Source: Candidatus Nitrospira inopinata (GTDB lineage: Bacteria > Nitrospirota > Nitrospiria > Nitrospirales > Nitrospiraceae). From it: a stretch of DNA of 32,000 nt. The stretch spans positions 930,001 through 962,000 of the forward strand of contig NZ_LN885086.1 in assembly GCF_001458695.1 (NCBI RefSeq), read 5' to 3'. Position 1 is the first letter of the stretch. Every line of letters begins with the position of its first letter. The notes beneath the pieces were generated by a model that searched no databases, was not told the DNA's origin, and worked only from the letters and a program-made list of their open reading frames with translations. The translations under genes and the position numbers were made by a program. Positions 27,559 to 32,000 of this stretch are shown one piece after another.

Positions 27559-27867
27559 TCTCTATCCACAGGATTATTCACACCTGTGAATAACCTGTTA
27601 TTTTCCCTTGTGTTCTTCCTGGAGATCTGTGCCTCTTATGCACCCCGATGAATTCGTACCGGACAGTCAACCCGATCGTTTGTTACTTCCCCACTCCGTT
27701 TCATCACCCTATCCTCATCTCTCCCAGAGGAACTCCACAGCATTCTCCCCAACAAATCGACGACATCCCCTCCCCAGAAACAATCTGTTTTCCCCTATCC
27801 CCGCTATTCACCTCTCTTACTCCTAATCCGATTCCGACGACTGAAATTCTCTTTATCAAGGTGAAGA
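27559..27867. other. candidate chromosomal replication origin (oriC) and dnaA promoter region
   Basis: Non-coding 309 bp between dnaA and the next gene. DnaA-box-like 9-mers (consensus TTATCCACA): CTATCCACA 27562-27570 (8/9), TTATTCACA 27574-27582 (8/9), inverted TGTGAATAA 27585-27593 (8/9), TTATGCACC 27636-27644 (7/9), CTATCCTCA 27709-27717 (7/9), CTATCCCCG 27795-27803 (6/9) and CTATTCACC 27804-27812 (6/9). Hand counts of two lines give about 48-50% GC. The plus strand is strongly pyrimidine-rich. Confidence 0.6.
27574..27593. promoter_or_regulatory. inverted pair of DnaA boxes (TTATTCACA-CC-TGTGAATAA)
   Basis: A perfect 9-bp inverted repeat separated by 2 nt, 16-35 nt upstream of the dnaA GTG. 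The position suggests dnaA autoregulation and/or an origin element. Confidence 0.55.
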
Positions 27868-28062
27868 CTAGAGAACAATGACCTTGTCGGCATCCATGAT
27901 CAGCCTCAGAAGGTTCTCATAGTTCACACCCTCTCCTCCCAGAGTAGATAAGCCCTCATCCGAGATGAGAATAGAAGCAGCGTTCTCATGGTCGCCGAGA
28001 GAACAAAGAGCCGTTGAAACCAGCTCAGGTGCCTGACGAAAAATAAACAAAGTCGATGCCAT
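27868..28062 (-). CDS. DsrH/TusB-like small protein, truncated form (64 aa)
   Basis: GAGGG lies 9 nt upstream of the ATG. The N-terminus STLFIFRQAP... and SILISDEGL resemble the TusB MLHTLHRSP...LLLLQDGV region. The C-terminal ADKVIVL tail is typical of the DsrE/F/H fold. It has a single Cys at position 20. The central part of canonical 95-100-aa DsrH/TusB is missing. Confidence 0.55.
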   Translation of the reverse strand: MASTLFIFRQAPELVSTALCSLGDHENAASILISDEGLSTLGGEGVNYENLLRLIMDADKVIVL

Positions 28063-28087
28063 ACAAGGAAACCCTCAAACCGCACGT

Positions 28088-28429
28088 CTAAAAAATAAGG
28101 GTGCGGTCCGCTGAATGAATAAAGGAGCGGATGTCGTCTTCCGACTCATATCTGACATGAAACTTCTCATCAACGAAGGATCGATCCGCGCCACGAGGGA
28201 GGACGAAGGGGACTTCGAGGTGATGAATCGACGGGAGATATTTCTCCAAGATATCCGCGTCAACGATGTCCTCCGTGTCGTCGGATAAAAGCCGGGTCGC
28301 CTCGCCAAGAAGGATCACCGTCGTTGAGTGAGACCCCGCAACCAAGCCGAGCGCAATGCGCAAAGCTTCGACTGGACGGTGAGTTTTCGTAGGATCCTCC
28401 TGAATGACAACGGCGACGGTTTTAGCCAT
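28088..28429 (-). CDS. DsrF/TusC-like protein (113 aa)
   Basis: KTVAVVIQEDP...EALRIALGL...TTVILLGEA and the C-terminal DRTLIF resemble TusC (KIAFVFSTAP ... DVILRF). It contains no cysteine. It is the middle gene of an E-F-H ordered triad. Confidence 0.65.
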   Translation of the reverse strand: MAKTVAVVIQEDPTKTHRPVEALRIALGLVAGSHSTTVILLGEATRLLSDDTEDIVDADILEKYLPSIHHLEVPFVLPRGADRSFVDEKFHVRYESEDDIRSFIHSADRTLIF

Positions 28430-28443
28430 AAGTCTCTTGTGCC

Positions 28444-28773
28444 TTACGTGAACGACAGAAACGGCTCACATGCGTCAATGAGGCCGGAAAGAACGACAAG
28501 CCCGGAAAGAGAGATCGAGGAATCAAGATCGGCTGTCGAGACATGATGTTGCTGGCACCCATACGCACAGGCAAACATGCGCACTCCCGATGTAGCCAGG
28601 TCTCGATAGGATGGAGAGTTCAAGTTCTTGACCCCTTCATCGATCAAGTAGAGATACACCTCATGACCGGCCTCACATGCGGCTTGAGCCAAGCCGTGAA
28701 CGACGGTGGCGCTTCTATCGGTCGGAGGAAGCGCAAGTAAAATTCCCAATTTTCGTCGAGCAGGAAAATCCAC
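28444..28773 (-). CDS. DsrE/TusD-like protein (about 110 aa)
   Basis: Aligns by eye to E. coli TusD: LGILLALPP/FAIVVTGPA, AQAACEAGHEV/AQALIADGHEL, GVRMFACAYGCQQHHV/GVALNICVAAALRRGV (Cys aligned with the TusD/DsrE active-site Cys) and ISLSGLVVLSGL...FLSF/FTLSGLGALAEA...VVQF. I chose the GTG at 28773. The ORF-track ATG at 28920 would overlap hisS by 59 nt and add 49 residues that do not look domain-like. Confidence 0.65.
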   Translation of the reverse strand: MDFPARRKLGILLALPPTDRSATVVHGLAQAACEAGHEVYLYLIDEGVKNLNSPSYRDLATSGVRMFACAYGCQQHHVSTADLDSSISLSGLVVLSGLIDACEPFLSFT

Positions 28774-28819
28774 AAAAAAATCTTCGTAATAATAACGTCT
28801 TATGATCAGAGCACGTAGG

Positions 28820-28848
28820 AAACTACGGGGTTTTGAGTGAAAAGTCAA
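28820..28848 (-). promoter_or_regulatory. candidate promoter for the dsrEFH-like genes (TTGACT-17 nt-TAGTTT on the minus strand)
   Basis: The reverse complement of 28843-28848 is TTGACT and that of 28820-28825 is TAGTTT, with a 17-nt spacer. It lies in the AT-rich gap between the hisS stop and the GTG at 28773. Pattern match only. Confidence 0.3.
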
Positions 28849-28861
28849 CGGGCAAAAACGA

Positions 28862-30130
28862 CTAGGATCCCCGGATGCGGGAGGAGACGTCACCACAGAG
28901 AGAAGCCAGAGAGACCGCATACTGATTTTTTGTATTCATGTCCCGGAGAATTCCAACTCCTTTGTCGACTTCGTCGTCGCCGATGATCAAGGCGAATCCG
29001 GCGGCGAGTCGGTCGGCTTGACGAAGATGCGATTTAAGCGACGTGGCTCGGAAATCGGCGACGGCGGATATTCCCGCAAGGCGGAGTTCTTCAAGGGCCG
29101 AGAAACCGGCCGGCGCTCCGGAGACACCGAATCCTGCGACGTAAACGGTTGCCGACCGAGGAGACGGAAGACCCGCGGCCTGCGGCAACATTAGCGCGAT
29201 TCTCTCCAGCCCTATTGCAAAACCGACGGCCGGCGTTGGAGGACCCCCTAAGGCCTCGACGAGTCCGTCGTAGCGTCCTCCGGCTCCGACGGCGTTCTGG
29301 GCGCCGAGAGCGGTGGACGTGACCTCGAAGGTCGTCAGACAATAATAATCCAATCCTCGGACAAGGCGGTGGTTCAGGCGATAAGGAATGCCGATGGAAT
29401 CAAGACCATTTAGCACGCCGGCAAAGTAGGCGCGGGCCTCATCCGATAGGCTGTCAGCCAGGCGAGGAGCCGGCTCCGTCGCGGCCCGACAGCCGGGAAC
29501 CTTGCAGTCCAACACGCGCAGCGGGTTCGTATCGAGGCGTCGGCGACAGTTGACGCAGAGCGGGTCGGCGACGGTGCGGAGAAACTCGACCAAGCGGGGC
29601 CGGTATGCCGCGCGGTCTTCGGCGGAACCCAGGTTATTGATCTCGAGAGTCAGGGCCGGCAGCTTGAGATCCGACAGGATGCGCCAGAGCAGAGCGATCA
29701 CTTCCACGTCGGCGCGCGGATCGGCCATACCGAACGATTCGACGCCGAATTGATGAAATTGACGGAGTCGTCCCGCCTGCGGACGCTCGTGGCGGAACAT
29801 CGGCCCGGAATAGAAAAATTTTTGAGGAGCGGGATCGGCCGCGCGGTTGTGTTCAATGTAGGCGCGAACCGTGCCCGCGGTTCCCTCAGGGCGGAGCGTG
29901 AGCGACGTTCCATCCCGATCCTGGAAGGTGTACATCTCCTTCTCCACGATGTCGGTCGAGGTTCCGATACTTCTGGCAAACAACTCGGTCACCTCGAATA
30001 TGGGCACTCGAATCTCACGGAAGCCGTAGAGATCGGCCCAACGCCTCGCAGTCTCCTCGATCAACCTCCATCGGGGCGTCTCTTCCGGCAGGACGTCTTT
30101 GACTCCTTTGATCCCCTTGATCGTATTCAT
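28862..30130 (-). CDS. hisS: histidine--tRNA ligase
   Basis: Class II aaRS motifs: LTLRPEGT, motif 2 MFRHERPQAGRLRQFHQFGVE and motif 3 GGGRYDGL. It has a C-terminal anticodon-binding domain and is 422 aa long. Confidence 0.97.
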   Translation of the reverse strand: MNTIKGIKGVKDVLPEETPRWRLIEETARRWADLYGFREIRVPIFEVTELFARSIGTSTDIVEKEMYTFQDRDGTSLTLRPEGTAGTVRAYIEHNRAADPAPQKFFYSGPMFRHERPQAGRLRQFHQFGVESFGMADPRADVEVIALLWRILSDLKLPALTLEINNLGSAEDRAAYRPRLVEFLRTVADPLCVNCRRRLDTNPLRVLDCKVPGCRAATEPAPRLADSLSDEARAYFAGVLNGLDSIGIPYRLNHRLVRGLDYYCLTTFEVTSTALGAQNAVGAGGRYDGLVEALGGPPTPAVGFAIGLERIALMLPQAAGLPSPRSATVYVAGFGVSGAPAGFSALEELRLAGISAVADFRATSLKSHLRQADRLAAGFALIIGDDEVDKGVGILRDMNTKNQYAVSLASLCGDVSSRIRGS

Positions 30131-30245
30131 GAAGTCCTTTGAAGTCCTTCTTCCATGGGTGACCCGTCGACGTACGCGGCGGACTATAACGACGCCCTCC
30201 GAAACAAGTCAACGGAGAGAGGCGTTATCCCCGACGAAACCATTC

Positions 30246-30274
30246 TTGCGCCGAGTGTTCAGGGGGGGTATAGT
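30246..30274 (+). promoter_or_regulatory. candidate promoter for the thyX-like gene (TTGCGC-17 nt-TATAGT)
   Basis: TATAGT at 30269-30274 and TTGCGC at 30246-30251, 38 nt upstream of the ATG at 30312. Pattern match only. Confidence 0.3.
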
Positions 30275-30311
30275 GCGCCCCTGCACTAAACCCAGGGAGT
30301 CTCGACGTTTC

Positions 30312-31802
30312 ATGATGGAACACGAACGGTCGACCGGCCGGGTGATCGCGATCGGGCCGATGCCCCCCGAAAAATGCGCGTACGCGTTGGCGCGCTACAG
30401 CCGTTCACCGGACTCCATTGAAAACAGCATCCGGTGGGTTCACGGCCACTCGTCGGAGAAGTTTTGGGAGCAGTTCTACTTCGACTACGGCCATGCTTCC
30501 ATCGCCGACCTCGGCCACGTCGTCATCTGCTTCGAAGACATCTCGGAACTGGCGGCGATTCGATTGGAGGACGAGCCGCTCTGGGACGGCCAGGCCAAAT
30601 CCAGTCGGTACCAAAATTTCGCCGTCGGCCGGTGGTTCGTGCCCCATCACATCCGAGGCCGTGAAACCGAGGCCGTCTACGAAGGAATCCTCCGGAGCCT
30701 CTCCGAGGCGTATCGACTGTTGCACGACCCGTTGATCGCCTCTCTCTCCGAGCGGGAACCTCGGCCGCAGACGATGAGTCAGGCCGATTACCAGCGCAGG
30801 ATCGCGGCACGCGCCTTCGATGTGACGCGATATCTCCTTCCGCTTGCGGCCACGACCAACGTGGGACAGGTCGTGAGCATTCGAACGTTGGAGAAGCAAA
30901 TGACGCGCTTGCTGTCGTCCCCATTGACGGAATTGCGAGCGATCGGCGAAAAATTGCAGGAGGCCTGCCGGCGCCCGCCGGTCACGCTCTGGAACGAGCT
31001 CTGCGGCGAGAACGCCCTCTGTGCCGACCCGCTGGCTCCGACGTTGGCGAGGCACGCCAAGGCCAACCCCTATCTGGCGTCGGTGTATTCGGACCTGGCC
31101 CGCCACGCGAAAGAAGTCCTGCGCGGCGGGGGACTCGACCGGCCGGATCAGTGGAGCGCCGTCGAGCCGGTCGACCTGATCGAGCCCCATCATCCGTTGG
31201 ACGAAATCGTCGCGACGCTCTTGTACCGTGTCGCGCACGCTCCGTATCGGCACGTTCTGGCCGTCGTGCGGGATTGGTCCGAAAAACAAAAGCGCGAGAC
31301 GATCGAAGTCGCCATCAAGCGGCGGGGGCCCCATGACGAGCTGATCAAAGAGTTTCGGAGCGGCTACGCCATTCTGTTCGACGTGCTCATGGACATCGGC
31401 GCCTGGCGCGACCTTCATCGCCACAGACGTTGCCAGCAGGTACAGCAGAATTTTACGACCCTGCACGGGTATGACGTCCCTCCGCCGTTGATCGCGGCGG
31501 GTTTGGATCGGGACTATCGGCAAGCCATGGACGCCGTGCGCGGGGACATCGAGCTTCTCAAGAAGGAAGACCAAGAGGCGGCGCTCTATGCCATCCCGTT
31601 CGGTTTCAAGGTGCGGTGCCTGTTTAAGATGGACTATGCGGAGGCGGAGTACATCGCCAAGCTCCGATCCGGCGTCAAAGGCCATTGGTCTTATCGCACG
31701 GTTGCCTGGCAGATGAAGCAAAGGCTGGCCGCACGATATCCCGCGTTGGGTGAACTGATCCAGGCGACGCCCCCCGACGTCGAAGACGCCTTGAATCGAT
31801 GA
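30312..31802 (+). CDS. thyX: FAD-dependent thymidylate synthase ThyX-like protein, fused double Thy1 domain (496 aa)
   Basis: The N-terminal half has ARYSRS...GHASIADLGHVVICFEDISELAAIRL...SSRY. The C-terminal half has YAILFDVLMDIGAWRDLHRHRR. The start MMEHER at 30312 has GGGAG 12 nt upstream. The ORF track extends to 30099, across the hisS start. Confidence 0.8.
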   Translation: MMEHERSTGRVIAIGPMPPEKCAYALARYSRSPDSIENSIRWVHGHSSEKFWEQFYFDYGHASIADLGHVVICFEDISELAAIRLEDEPLWDGQAKSSRYQNFAVGRWFVPHHIRGRETEAVYEGILRSLSEAYRLLHDPLIASLSEREPRPQTMSQADYQRRIAARAFDVTRYLLPLAATTNVGQVVSIRTLEKQMTRLLSSPLTELRAIGEKLQEACRRPPVTLWNELCGENALCADPLAPTLARHAKANPYLASVYSDLARHAKEVLRGGGLDRPDQWSAVEPVDLIEPHHPLDEIVATLLYRVAHAPYRHVLAVVRDWSEKQKRETIEVAIKRRGPHDELIKEFRSGYAILFDVLMDIGAWRDLHRHRRCQQVQQNFTTLHGYDVPPPLIAAGLDRDYRQAMDAVRGDIELLKKEDQEAALYAIPFGFKVRCLFKMDYAEAEYIAKLRSGVKGHWSYRTVAWQMKQRLAARYPALGELIQATPPDVEDALNR

Positions 31803-31815
31803 CGGCCCGCTCCGT

Positions 31816-32000
31816 ATGAGCCTCCATCAACTGGAATGCGAAGCCGCCATCCTGGCCGGATCGTGGGAAACGCTCCTGGCCCGGGCTCAGGCCTGGAGCA
31901 GGGAGTTGGAGGCCGCCGGAACGGCGGACCCATGTCCCCACTTCGCGATGAACGTCGTCTACCTCTTGCAGGGGCGGTTCGCCGAAGCCTGGAAAGTCCA
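31816..32000 (+). CDS. 5' end of an unidentified ORF running off the window
   Basis: The ATG at 31816 lies 14 nt after the thyX-like stop. The frame stays open to the window end (MSLHQLECEAAILAGSWETLLARAQAWSRELEAAG...) with GC3-rich codons. It is too short to assign. Confidence 0.4.
   Translation, partial: MSLHQLECEAAILAGSWETLLARAQAWSRELEAAGTADPCPHFAMNVVYLLQGRFAEAWKV

Noticed and set aside
27608-27881. Plus-strand ORFs of 72 and 77 aa inside the dnaA upstream gap.
   Set aside because: Their Pro/Ser/Thr-rich translations simply reflect the polypyrimidine strand. They have no Shine-Dalgarno sequence and overlap each other. The region is better explained as oriC and promoter DNA.
28774-28920. 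A long form of the DsrE-like ORF starting at the ATG at 28920. It would add 49 N-terminal residues and superficially resembles a signal peptide (MRSLWLLSVVTSPPASG).
   Set aside because: It would overlap the hisS 3' end by 59 nt in another frame. The extra residues (..RRYYYEDFF) do not align with the DsrE/TusD family, whose homology begins at LGILLALPP. I kept it only as an alternative because neither the GTG at 28773 nor the nearby TTG has a good Shine-Dalgarno sequence.
30099-30311. N-terminal extensions in the ORF track for the thyX-like gene (30099), mdh (11673), the ferredoxin (8443), folE (7127), rarA (5521), gyrA (22497), queD (7500) and smpB (18839).
   Set aside because: In each case an internal start has a better Shine-Dalgarno sequence, removes overlap with the neighbouring gene and gives the family-typical N-terminus. 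The extensions are Arg/Pro-rich with no homology signal.
30131-30311. The hisS/thyX divergent intergenic region as an alternative oriC, because the gene-strand switch falls here.
   Set aside because: It has only one box-like 9-mer (TTATCCCCG, 7/9). It is GC-rich, lacks an AT-rich patch and is only 181 bp long. The dnaA-upstream gap is a much better candidate.

Overview
This window is an origin-proximal, mostly housekeeping chromosomal segment from a high-GC bacterium. Hand counts of typical 60-nt coding lines give about 62-67% GC. The phylum cannot be fixed from this window alone. The core is a minus-strand dnaA-dnaN-gyrB-gyrA block with no recF. It is preceded by a roughly 310-bp non-coding, pyrimidine-skewed, lower-GC stretch (27559-27867) that carries a cluster of DnaA-box-like 9-mers, which I call as the candidate oriC. 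Other confident genes are purA, tRNA-Ala(GGC), an ABC-F ATPase, rarA, an alpha/beta hydrolase, folE, queD, erpA, an adrenodoxin-type 2Fe-2S ferredoxin, a stand-alone NuoF-like flavoprotein, mdh, an OmpR-type response regulator with its histidine kinase, smpB, a DUF721/DciA-like gene, hisS and a fused double-domain ThyX-like gene. I saw no rRNA, CRISPR array, transposase, integrase or phage genes. Four regions look most likely to hide undescribed biology. (1) A compact DsrE/DsrF/DsrH (TusD/C/B)-like gene triad sits in a low-GC islet between oriC and hisS. (2) An orphan 1034-aa NorD/CbbO-like vWA protein has N-terminal repeats and an HExxH motif but no AAA+ partner, and it is coupled to an unassignable 136-aa ORF. 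(3) A ferredoxin:thioredoxin-reductase catalytic-subunit homologue heads a two-component operon, which is followed by a repeat-decorated leader and an unannotated 32-aa hydrophobic ORF. (4) A NuoF-like/ferredoxin/ErpA module lacks other Nuo subunits. All functional calls rest on motif recognition by eye. No database search was run.
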